A stretch of DNA of 25,728 bases. Source: Chthonomonadales bacterium. Its GTDB lineage: Bacteria > Armatimonadota > Chthonomonadetes > Chthonomonadales > CAJBBX01. Positions 16,084 through 24,296 of this stretch are shown here, piece after piece. Location of the stretch: contig JBBIPC010000031.1 in the NCBI GenBank assembly GCA_037443035.1, forward strand, positions 1 to 25,728. Direction: 5' to 3'. Position numbers and translations under genes: made by a program. Positions within the stretch are counted from its first letter, which is position 1. Each line of letters begins with the position of its first letter. The notes under the pieces were generated by a model. The model saw nothing but the letters and a program-made list of their open reading frames with translations, had not been told where the DNA came from and did not search any database.

Positions 16084-17559
16084 ATGAAAGCCATCATGGT
16101 CATGTTCGATTCCCTGAACCGGCGGTTTCTGCCGCCTTATGGCTGCGATTGGACCGTGGCACCGAACTTCGCTCGTCTAGCCAGGCGGTCCATTACGTTC
16201 GAGCGGTCCTACGTATGTTCCATGCCCTGTATGCCTGCCAGACGAGAGCTGCATACGGCCCGACCGAACTTCCTGCACCGGTCCTGGGGCCCCCTAGAGC
16301 CGTACGACGACTCCGTGCCCCAAATGCTGCGTGACAATGGTGTCTACACGCACCTGGTCACGGATCACTACCACTACTGGGAGGACGGCGGGGCGACCTA
16401 CCATAACCGTTACTCGACCTCGGAGTTTTTCCGCGGCCAGGAAGGAGACCTTTGGCGTGGACAAGTGGCGGACCCAGAGCTTCCGCCCAGAGGCGTCGGC
16501 CGCCAGTCCAGGCTGGATTCGTATGTGAGGCAGGATCTCATCAACCGGGAGGCCGTCCGCCACGAATGCGATCGGCCGCAAGCCCAGACCTTCGGAGCTG
16601 GTCTGGATTTCCTACGCAGGAATGCCAAGGAAGACCGTTGGTTCCTTCAGATCGAGACCTTCGATCCTCACGAGCCGTTTGATTCCGACAGGAGATACAA
16701 GGATCTGTACCCTTACGAGCATGATGCGTGGTTCTTCGACTGGCCCGCCTACCGCAAGGTCATGGAGACCCCGGAGCAGGTGCGTCATGTGCGCTATGAG
16801 TACGCTGCGCTGCTCAGCCAGTGTGACGCCTACCTCGGAGACGTGCTCGACCTCATGGACCGGCTGGATCTCTGGAAGGATACGATGCTTATCGTCTGGA
16901 CGGATCACGGCTTCATGCTCGGCGAGCACGACTGCTGGGCGAAGATCTGGATGCCCTTCTACCAGGAGGTGGCGCATACACCGTTCTTTGTCTGGGATCC
17001 GCGTGTGGGACGCGCCGGTGAAAGGCGGAACGCCCTGGTGCAGCCTGCGCTGGACATCGGTCCGACGCTGCTCGAATACTTCGGACTTCAGCCGACGCCC
17101 CGCATGCTAGGCAAGAGCCTCTCTCCCGTGCTTCGCCGCGATGAGCCCGTTCGCGAAGCGGGCCTCTTCGGTCTCCATGGTGCCCAGGTAAACGTCACAG
17201 ATGGACGGTACGTGTACATGCGCGGCCCAGCGACGCCGGACAATGCTCCGCTCTTCAACTATACGCTCATGCCCACTGCCATGCGAGGATTCCTGGCGGC
17301 CGAGTCGCTGGAAGCCGCCACGCTCGCGCCTCCGTTCTCGTTCACCAAGAGCCAGCCCACGCTCAAGCTGCCTGCGAGGTCATGGGTGCCACAGGACGGC
17401 GATATTCGGCGCACCTTCCTCTGGGACGTCGAGAACGATCCAGCGCAGACCACACCTTTGGAGGATGAAACGGTGGAGCGGCGCATGACGGAGCTGATGA
17501 TACGCCTCATGCGAGAAGCGGATGCCCCGCCGGAGCAGTATGAGCGGTTGGGCCTGTAA
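16084..17559 (+). CDS. Cys-type formylglycine-dependent sulfatase (S1 family), no signal peptide
   Basis: Metal-ligand VMFDSL at the very N-terminus, CMPARRELHT (CxPxR), FDPHEPFD and TDHGFMLGEH. SD AAAGGA. Confidence 0.92.
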   Translation: MKAIMVMFDSLNRRFLPPYGCDWTVAPNFARLARRSITFERSYVCSMPCMPARRELHTARPNFLHRSWGPLEPYDDSVPQMLRDNGVYTHLVTDHYHYWEDGGATYHNRYSTSEFFRGQEGDLWRGQVADPELPPRGVGRQSRLDSYVRQDLINREAVRHECDRPQAQTFGAGLDFLRRNAKEDRWFLQIETFDPHEPFDSDRRYKDLYPYEHDAWFFDWPAYRKVMETPEQVRHVRYEYAALLSQCDAYLGDVLDLMDRLDLWKDTMLIVWTDHGFMLGEHDCWAKIWMPFYQEVAHTPFFVWDPRVGRAGERRNALVQPALDIGPTLLEYFGLQPTPRMLGKSLSPVLRRDEPVREAGLFGLHGAQVNVTDGRYVYMRGPATPDNAPLFNYTLMPTAMRGFLAAESLEAATLAPPFSFTKSQPTLKLPARSWVPQDGDIRRTFLWDVENDPAQTTPLEDETVERRMTELMIRLMREADAPPEQYERLGL

Positions 17560-17583
17560 CGAACAGGAGACATTCCTTGGAAT

Positions 17584-17640
17584 GGCAGTGTTTTCGAATC
17601 GCTGCGAAGGTCGGCAGCCCGTTACGACAGCACTGCCTAC
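17584..17640. repeat. Nested long hairpin ending in CTAC (GTAG on the minus strand)
   Basis: GGCAGTGTTTTCG (17584-17596) pairs with CGACAGCACTGCC (17625-17637) at 12/13 positions, including one G-U. Inner stem GCTGC/GCAGC (17601-17605 and 17614-17618). Confidence 0.5.
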
Positions 17641-17672
17641 CGTGAGGCACTCGGCGCAAAGGACGGCTTCGT

Positions 17673-20069
17673 ATGAAACTAGCCTTGTTAGGATTCACGT
17701 TGTTCATGCACTCCGTCGCTATGAACGCTGACCCGCTCCCGCTCGACCTGACCCACGCAGTTATCGTCGTTCGTCCGGCTGAGGTGGCACCGCCTGTGGA
17801 GCAGATGGCGGTGAGGGTACTGCAGGAAGAAGTGGCCCGCCGAACGGGGGTGACCTGGAAAACCGCCACAGCGTGGCCAGCGAAGGGCTGGGCCATAGCA
17901 GTCGCGTCCGGCAAGATCCCTGAGATCTACGGACGCTCGACAGTCGCCTGGACGCCACCCAATCGCGCCGACGGCTTCAGTCTCGGTACGGATACAACCA
18001 GCGCGCCGGATCGACCAGTGCTCTGGATCATCGGGACCGACGCGCGGGGATGCTTGTACGGCGTGGGTCGGTTATTGCGGAGTCTGGAATGCACCCAGGG
18101 GAGAGTCCTGCTGAGGGAGCCCCTGAACTTCCAAACGGCGCCTGCGTACCCCATCCGAGGGCACCAACTGGGCTACCGGGCTACGGCCAACTCCTACGAC
18201 GCATGGTCGCCCGATCAGTTCGATCAGTACATCCGCGAACTGACCTTCTTTGGCGTGAACTGCATCGAGGGTATTCCCATGCAGGATACGCGGCCCACGG
18301 TCAATCCCTTCCCCAGGGAGAAGATGAACGTCGAGCAGAGCAGGATATGCCAACGCTACGGGCTGGACTTCTGGGTGTGGACGCCCGCGGATTTCGATCT
18401 GCAAGATGCCGCCCGTCGCCAGGCGAAACTTGCGGAGTACGAGAAGCTGTTCCGCGAGTGTCCCCTCGTTTCTGCCGTATTCGTGCCGGGCGGCGATCCG
18501 GGCGACAACCCACCCAGTCTCGTCATGCCCTATCTGGCTGACCTGGGCGCCTTGCTGAGCCGGTATCACCCACGGGCCAGAGTCTGGCTCTCGATGCAGG
18601 GTTACGATCCGTTCGAGCAGGACTACGTGTACAGATGGATCAGCGAGCATCGGCCCGAATGGTTGGGTGGCCTCGTGGGAGGGCCTTCCAGTCCACCTCT
18701 CCATGAACTGCGCCAGCGACTACCCAGGCCATATCGTGTACGGGACTACCCCGACATCACCCATTGCGTCCGATGCCAGTTTCCGGTGCCATGGTGGGAT
18801 CCGGCATTCGCGTTCACGCTCGGTCGGGAGCCGGTCAATCCCAGGCCTGTTTTCTACGCCAAGATACTGGCGGATACAGCTAGATTCACGGACGGTTTCA
18901 TCACCTACTCGGACGGTGTGCACGACGACGTGAACAAGGTTGTCTGGAGCGCGTTGGGATGGGATCCGAAGGCCAATGTAAGGACTATCGTAGAGGAATA
19001 CGCGCGCGTATTCTTCGGTCCGGACGTTGCCGAAGAAGCGGCGGCGGGCATTCTCGCCCTGGAACGTAACTGGGAAGGTCCCCTGGCCACTAACGGAAGT
19101 GTGGATGCCACTTTCGCTTACTGGCAGAGGATCGAAAAGGCCCATCCCGAACTGAGCAAGAACTGGCGTGCCCAGCTCTGTTTCCTACGTGCCTATTACG
19201 ACCTCTACACTCGAAAGCGCCTCCTCTACGAAAGCGATCTCGAGAAAAAAGCGAATGCGGTCTTGCTGCAAGCGAAGAACAGAGGAGCGCAGGCGTGCAT
19301 AGACGCAGCGCTTTCCATCTTGCGACAGGCCGACAACGCACGTGTCCGCAAGGATCTCTCGGATCGCATCGAATCGCTGTGCGAAGACCTATTCCGTTCC
19401 ATCGGGCTGCAAACAAGCGTGGCAAAATACCATGCCAGCGGCGCTGAGCGTGGCGCCGTCCTCGACTTTCTGTACTATCCGCTGAATAACCGCTGGTGGT
19501 TGGAGGACGAGCTCGGAAAAGTGCGCAACATGGCGGATGAGGCCGATCGTGTGGCCCGGCTCGAGGAAATCGCACGATGGGAAGAACCAGGCGAGGGTTC
19601 GTTCTATGACGATATAGGCAATGTAGCGAAGTCGGACCACGAAGTGAGGAACGAGCGTCTCGCCCGGCCCATTCTGGACATGGATCACATGTCCCTGCCA
19701 GGTGTCATGTGGTGGATCGGCGATCATCCCAACGCTCGCGCTCGCCAATCGTGGTTCACGGGTATGGACTGGCCCGAGGCGCTCAGCTACGCGGGACTGG
19801 ATCCCGAGGCAGACTACGTCATACGGACGACAGGCTACGGCGATTGTTTCGTGCGCGCCAACGGTGTCAGGCTGGTGCCAACCGTCTATGGCAAGGGGCT
19901 AGGCGAGTTCAAGGAGTTTCCGGTACCGCGAGGTCTCATCCGTGACGGCAAGCTCATCGTCACCTTCGATCCAACGTTCGAACCACACCTGAACTGGCGG
20001 GTGCAATCGCGGCTCACGGAGGTCTGGCTCATCAAGAAGCAGCCCTCATCGTCTTCCGTAAGTCACTAG
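17673..20069 (+). CDS. Secreted unclassified glycoside-hydrolase-like protein (GH20/GH67-type N-terminal domain, probable TIM barrel, C-terminal beta-sandwich)
   Basis: Signal peptide MKLALLGFTLFMHSVAMNA. Hexosaminidase domain-2-like pattern VLQEEVARRTG..ADGFSL..IIGTDARGCLYGVGRLLR..PAYPIRG. Acidic motifs GGDPGD, YPDITH and YSDGVHDD. SD AAAGGA. Confidence 0.7.
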   Translation: MKLALLGFTLFMHSVAMNADPLPLDLTHAVIVVRPAEVAPPVEQMAVRVLQEEVARRTGVTWKTATAWPAKGWAIAVASGKIPEIYGRSTVAWTPPNRADGFSLGTDTTSAPDRPVLWIIGTDARGCLYGVGRLLRSLECTQGRVLLREPLNFQTAPAYPIRGHQLGYRATANSYDAWSPDQFDQYIRELTFFGVNCIEGIPMQDTRPTVNPFPREKMNVEQSRICQRYGLDFWVWTPADFDLQDAARRQAKLAEYEKLFRECPLVSAVFVPGGDPGDNPPSLVMPYLADLGALLSRYHPRARVWLSMQGYDPFEQDYVYRWISEHRPEWLGGLVGGPSSPPLHELRQRLPRPYRVRDYPDITHCVRCQFPVPWWDPAFAFTLGREPVNPRPVFYAKILADTARFTDGFITYSDGVHDDVNKVVWSALGWDPKANVRTIVEEYARVFFGPDVAEEAAAGILALERNWEGPLATNGSVDATFAYWQRIEKAHPELSKNWRAQLCFLRAYYDLYTRKRLLYESDLEKKANAVLLQAKNRGAQACIDAALSILRQADNARVRKDLSDRIESLCEDLFRSIGLQTSVAKYHASGAERGAVLDFLYYPLNNRWWLEDELGKVRNMADEADRVARLEEIARWEEPGEGSFYDDIGNVAKSDHEVRNERLARPILDMDHMSLPGVMWWIGDHPNARARQSWFTGMDWPEALSYAGLDPEADYVIRTTGYGDCFVRANGVRLVPTVYGKGLGEFKEFPVPRGLIRDGKLIVTFDPTFEPHLNWRVQSRLTEVWLIKKQPSSSSVSH

Positions 20070-20079
20070 GGGGCGAAGC

Positions 20080-23000
20080 ATGCAACTGCTCATGGTCATC
20101 GCGGCATGTCTCCAGACGACTGCCCCGGCAACAGGATGGCATCATCCTCTCTATCTCGGCAATGGAGGCCTCTGGCGTCAGCGAGTTCCCATCGTCGTCA
20201 CCAACCGCAGCAGCAAACCGCTTGCGGGGACAACCGTGGCGGTTACCGTGGGGCATGGCAAGAGCGAGGTTCCTCTTGCCGGAGCGCGCATAGGGGAGAT
20301 ACGTGTCTGCAATGAACGAGGCGTGGAGGTGCTACTTGCTGTTGCCGATGCGACGGGCAACCCTGTACGCACGGGCCGCATGGAAGAAGGCATGACCCTG
20401 ACGTTGCCGATCGAGTGTCCCGCAGAAGCAGGTGCACGGTACTACATCTACTTCGACAACCCCCGATCATGGGCGCCACCAGACTTCCTCGAGGCAACAG
20501 GTACCCTCCGCAACGGTAGTGTCGAGGACGGGCAAGGGGACACGCCCGCTGGATGGGTCCACGACGCTGGGGATAACCGGCATCGAGCGTCCTGGACGGA
20601 GGAGGATGCTCACTTGGGTCGCCGCTGCCTCAAGCTCGAGGTGGCCGGCGGCGCAGAGCCGACCTGGATAGCCACCCGCCAACTAGGTCTCCAAATCGTG
20701 GGCGGTGCACGCTATCGCATGACCGCATGGGTCAAGGCCAGTCGGGTCCAGGGTTACGCCGGATGGTATATCCACCTGGGGAACCTGAGCAATCCGATGA
20801 TCGAGGCTCCCATGCTGTCGGCTGGGCCCGGCACCTATGATTGGAAACAAGTAACCCTGGAATTCACGGCTCCGTCAGACGCAGATCGCGCGGACCTGGG
20901 TACCGTCCTCTGGGGTACGGGTACGGCATGGTTCGATGACGTACAACTGGAGCTACTGGACTCGGTCGCCGCGCCGACAGTGCAGACGCTGCCCGTGGAG
21001 CGGTTCGCTCTACACGAAGTCGGCACGGGATCGCCCTGGCTGAACGTGGCCGGAAAAGGTTCTCAACAACCTCGAACACGAGTTCCCATCCGCCTGGTCA
21101 ATCTCTCCGACCGTCCGTTCGAGGGCTTCGCCTCCGTGCCTGCGTCTATGACTGGCCGGCTCGGCGCCGCGACTGGCAGGTCACCCAGCGTGGCAATCGC
21201 CGATCGCGGCAAGGTCCTCCCTCATTTTCTCGTAGGGGACGTCTTGCTCACACATGTTCGCATACCACCGCGTTCGGTCCTGACGCTGCATGCATACCGA
21301 ACTCCGACGCGATCAGGCGGGCGGCCGGTTGGGGGCGTCCGCGCCAAGGACTACGCGCCGAATCCGGCTGTGCCGGGCGGCATGAACCGATCGGCCGTCA
21401 CCATGGACCCAGCGCAATGCGCAGCCTTGCTCGCTAGCCCTCTGAATCTGGTGAAGAATCCCTCGTTCGAGGAGGGTGAATCCCTTCCAGCACACTGGCC
21501 GGGAGGAGCAGAAGGCGGCCGCCCGGCGGGCACGGAGATGGGCATTGTGAACGGTGGTCTGTTCGGCAAGAGGTGCGTCCGTGTCCACATACCCGAGGGG
21601 TCCCAGCGCGCATGGACGGGCTGGCGGCAAGACGTAGTGGTGCAGCCGAACCGGACCTATCTCCTCGCAGCGTGGTTGCGGTGCGAGAACCTCGACGGTG
21701 GCCTGCAACTCCACGTGCATTTGCGCAAGGAGAACGGAGATCTGGTGGGCCAGAACGCCATGACTGGTGCAGGTCCGGCCATCAGCGGGACAACTGGCTG
21801 GACGCTCATGGCGGGGATTTTCCGCACGCCGGAAGAATGCCGACGCTTCCAGATCCACTTGACGATGCTCGCCAACGGTACTGCCTGGCACGACGGTGTC
21901 CTGCTCCTGGAGGTCGCGTCGGCCGAGACGCTAACGCCAGAGGTACGGACGACCGGCCTGCCAGCGCTCGCCGTATGGCCGGTGAATCCCATCGTCAAGG
22001 TGTTCAAGGAGGATGTGCCTCCAAGCCGGACCTCAGCCCCTCAGATTCGCATCTCCTGCGCCGCAAACGAATACGAACCGGTACAGATCGCCTTGCGCTC
22101 GTCCCGAGACATCCGTGGTCTGAGGGTTGTCATGGATCCGCCACGCAAGGCGAACGGCGCCATGCTGAGGGAATGGGAGATTGGTGTAGTCGGTTACGTA
22201 CCGGTGGATGCCGTTACGAACTACTACAGCGATCGTACACCTCCGTACTACCGCAAAATCCCGCGAGGCGCACCAGGCTCGGACGGCTGGCCGGGTTGGT
22301 GGCCGGATCCGATCCTGCCATACGACCGCTTCGACCTCGAGGCCGGTCAGACGCAACCTGTATGGCTGACGCTGCACGTCCCTCCGGCGACGCAAGCTGG
22401 TGTGTACCGCGGGCGAGTGCGTTTCGTTGTCGCCGACAAGACGCTGGCCGCATTGCCGCTCACGGTCCGAGTGCGCGGCTTCAGCCTTCCGGACAAGCCG
22501 AGCCTCAAAGCGATCTACGATTGCCGGCAGTCAGGTCCCATGTGGTCCATTCCTGGAAAGACGGAGTCACAGACCCGCGAGGACTTCTGGCGGTTCATGG
22601 CCAAGCATCGTCTGTGTCCAGATACCATCAAGCCTGAGCCCCTGTTCACCTACAAGGATGGGCACGTAACGGCAGACTTCAGCGAGTTCGATCGGGCCGG
22701 GCGCATCTACTTCGACGAGCTGAAGTTTCCCCATGCCTACACTCCGTGGCATTTCTACCTGTTCGGGTGGGGTCACCTTCCGGGTGAGAAGTTCGGCGAG
22801 AAGCCCTACGAAGGAACGTACCCGTACGAGGGCGTAGACCGCTCGAAACTGCGACCGGAATACAAGCGCGCCTATCAAGCATTCCTGCGGGTTTTCTGGG
22901 ATCATGTCAAGGCTATGGGATGGGCCGACAGATTCGTGCTGTACATTTCCGACGAACCCCACGACAGCCAGCCAGCGATTCGCGCACAGATGCGGGCGCT

Positions 23001-23694
23001 GTGTGACATGATTCATGAGGTGGACTCCAGAATCCCGATCTATTGCAGCACGTGGCATCACCAGCCGGAGTGGGACGGAAAACTGGACGTCTGGGGCATC
23101 GGGCATTACGGCATCGTTTCGGTCGCGAAGATGGAGGAGCTCAAGGCCGGTGGGGCCAGGATCTGGTGGACAACCGATGGGCAGATGTGCACGGATACAC
23201 CGTATTGCGCCATCGAGCGGCTTCTCCCTCATTACTGCTTCGAGTACGGTGCGGAAGCCTACGAGTTCTGGGGCGTAGACTGGCTCACCTACGATCCCTA
23301 CCGGTACGGCTGGCATGCTTTCCTGCTGCATGATTTCGGCGTGGGCATGGAGAAGGAATACGTACGGTATCCGAATGGTGACGGCTTCCTTGCATATCCA
23401 CCTGGACCTAAGAAGTTCGATAGGCCCGTGCCTTCTGTGCGTCTGGAACAGGCTAGGGAAGGTGTGGAGGACTATGAATACCTGGTGCTCCTGAGGAACA
23501 TCGTCGCACGCGGCAAGGCGGCTGGACGCGAGGTGGGTATCGGGGAGGCCGCACTGCGGAAGGCTGGAGAGCTCGTAAGCAGCCCCTGCGAGATCGGCCG
23601 TTATTCCACGCGGATCCTGCCCGATCCGGACCGCGTGCTGCGCGTGCGCGAAGCCGTCGCCAACGCCATCGAGAAGTTGGGCGCGGTTCCGTGA
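20080..23694 (+). CDS. GH123/DUF4091-like glycoside hydrolase with two CBM4/9-like modules
   Basis: Two CBM-like units (LRNGSVEDG..YRMTAWVK..WFDDVQL and LVKNPSFEEG..YLLAAWLR..WHDGVLL). AANEYEPVQIAL, QPVWLTLHVP..AGVYRG, catalytic-type YISDEP (DEP at 22951-22959) and DUF4091-type GDGFLAYP..SVRLEQAREGVEDYEYL. Confidence 0.82.
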   Translation: MQLLMVIAACLQTTAPATGWHHPLYLGNGGLWRQRVPIVVTNRSSKPLAGTTVAVTVGHGKSEVPLAGARIGEIRVCNERGVEVLLAVADATGNPVRTGRMEEGMTLTLPIECPAEAGARYYIYFDNPRSWAPPDFLEATGTLRNGSVEDGQGDTPAGWVHDAGDNRHRASWTEEDAHLGRRCLKLEVAGGAEPTWIATRQLGLQIVGGARYRMTAWVKASRVQGYAGWYIHLGNLSNPMIEAPMLSAGPGTYDWKQVTLEFTAPSDADRADLGTVLWGTGTAWFDDVQLELLDSVAAPTVQTLPVERFALHEVGTGSPWLNVAGKGSQQPRTRVPIRLVNLSDRPFEGFASVPASMTGRLGAATGRSPSVAIADRGKVLPHFLVGDVLLTHVRIPPRSVLTLHAYRTPTRSGGRPVGGVRAKDYAPNPAVPGGMNRSAVTMDPAQCAALLASPLNLVKNPSFEEGESLPAHWPGGAEGGRPAGTEMGIVNGGLFGKRCVRVHIPEGSQRAWTGWRQDVVVQPNRTYLLAAWLRCENLDGGLQLHVHLRKENGDLVGQNAMTGAGPAISGTTGWTLMAGIFRTPEECRRFQIHLTMLANGTAWHDGVLLLEVASAETLTPEVRTTGLPALAVWPVNPIVKVFKEDVPPSRTSAPQIRISCAANEYEPVQIALRSSRDIRGLRVVMDPPRKANGAMLREWEIGVVGYVPVDAVTNYYSDRTPPYYRKIPRGAPGSDGWPGWWPDPILPYDRFDLEAGQTQPVWLTLHVPPATQAGVYRGRVRFVVADKTLAALPLTVRVRGFSLPDKPSLKAIYDCRQSGPMWSIPGKTESQTREDFWRFMAKHRLCPDTIKPEPLFTYKDGHVTADFSEFDRAGRIYFDELKFPHAYTPWHFYLFGWGHLPGEKFGEKPYEGTYPYEGVDRSKLRPEYKRAYQAFLRVFWDHVKAMGWADRFVLYISDEPHDSQPAIRAQMRALCDMIHEVDSRIPIYCSTWHHQPEWDGKLDVWGIGHYGIVSVAKMEELKAGGARIWWTTDGQMCTDTPYCAIERLLPHYCFEYGAEAYEFWGVDWLTYDPYRYGWHAFLLHDFGVGMEKEYVRYPNGDGFLAYPPGPKKFDRPVPSVRLEQAREGVEDYEYLVLLRNIVARGKAAGREVGIGEAALRKAGELVSSPCEIGRYSTRILPDPDRVLRVREAVANAIEKLGAVP

Positions 23695-23721
23695 CGGCAC
23701 ACGATGGGGCTGCCCCCAATC

Positions 23722-24219
23722 TCAGAAGTTGGGTGGTCGGGTCTCGGTCTCGCCGATCAGATAGATCATGAATCCGGCCGTGGCGATCTGAAAGAAGGAC
23801 ATCAGCACTCCCACGGGATGACCGGCGAAGAACGAACCTAGCACTCCCACGATGCCGAAAAGGATCTGGAGGCCGCAGAGGAAGTTGACGATCCCACGTA
23901 CGAACTCGATGCGAAAGATCAGACCCAGCCCCACGGCCACCGGAAACAGCCCGAATGCAGCTGCGACGACTCCGGCGCCCTTGTCTGCAAGGAGCAGTGC
24001 CGTGAGGACGCTGTAGGCGCCGCTGAGGATCCAGTAGACCGCTATCAGGTTGTAGGCAGTGCCTGCCCAGCGAGGGGCGCCTGGCAAGACCGCGGGTGTG
24101 CGAGGCGATGCCGGTCGTCCCAAACGGATTGAGGGCGGTCCTCCCACGGTTTTCCCGCAGAACTGACAGGTTACTGCGCCGTCAGGCAAGATGGCGCCAC
24201 ACCCTGGACACTTCACCAC
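23722..24219 (-). CDS. Zinc-ribbon domain membrane protein
   Basis: CPGC-x10-CQFC at the N-terminus, a Pro/Arg linker, then about 4 TM helices. GTG start with SD AAGGAG 8 nt upstream. Confidence 0.85.
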   Translation of the reverse strand: MVKCPGCGAILPDGAVTCQFCGKTVGGPPSIRLGRPASPRTPAVLPGAPRWAGTAYNLIAVYWILSGAYSVLTALLLADKGAGVVAAAFGLFPVAVGLGLIFRIEFVRGIVNFLCGLQILFGIVGVLGSFFAGHPVGVLMSFFQIATAGFMIYLIGETETRPPNF

Positions 24220-24296
24220 GGAACGATCTCCTTCTGTGGTATGTGCGACCAGGGACGTCCGGAAATCGTCATGATCCAGGCTGCGGAAAGCCGCTG

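Noticed and set aside
20080..20112. Lipoprotein signal (IAAC) on the GH123-like protein
   Set aside because: The Cys is at position 10 with no basic n-region and a very short h-region, so the export mode cannot be determined by eye.
22567..23700. 377-aa antisense ORF (also 24441-25430 +, 21573-22637 +, 6265-7206 +, 7374-8351 + and similar)
   Set aside because: Shadow ORFs expected in GC-rich coding DNA. They overlap well-supported genes and carry no recognisable motifs.
23695..23721. Bidirectional terminator between convergent genes (TGGGG-CTGC-CCCCA)
   Set aside because: A 5-bp stem with no U/A tracts is too weak to call.
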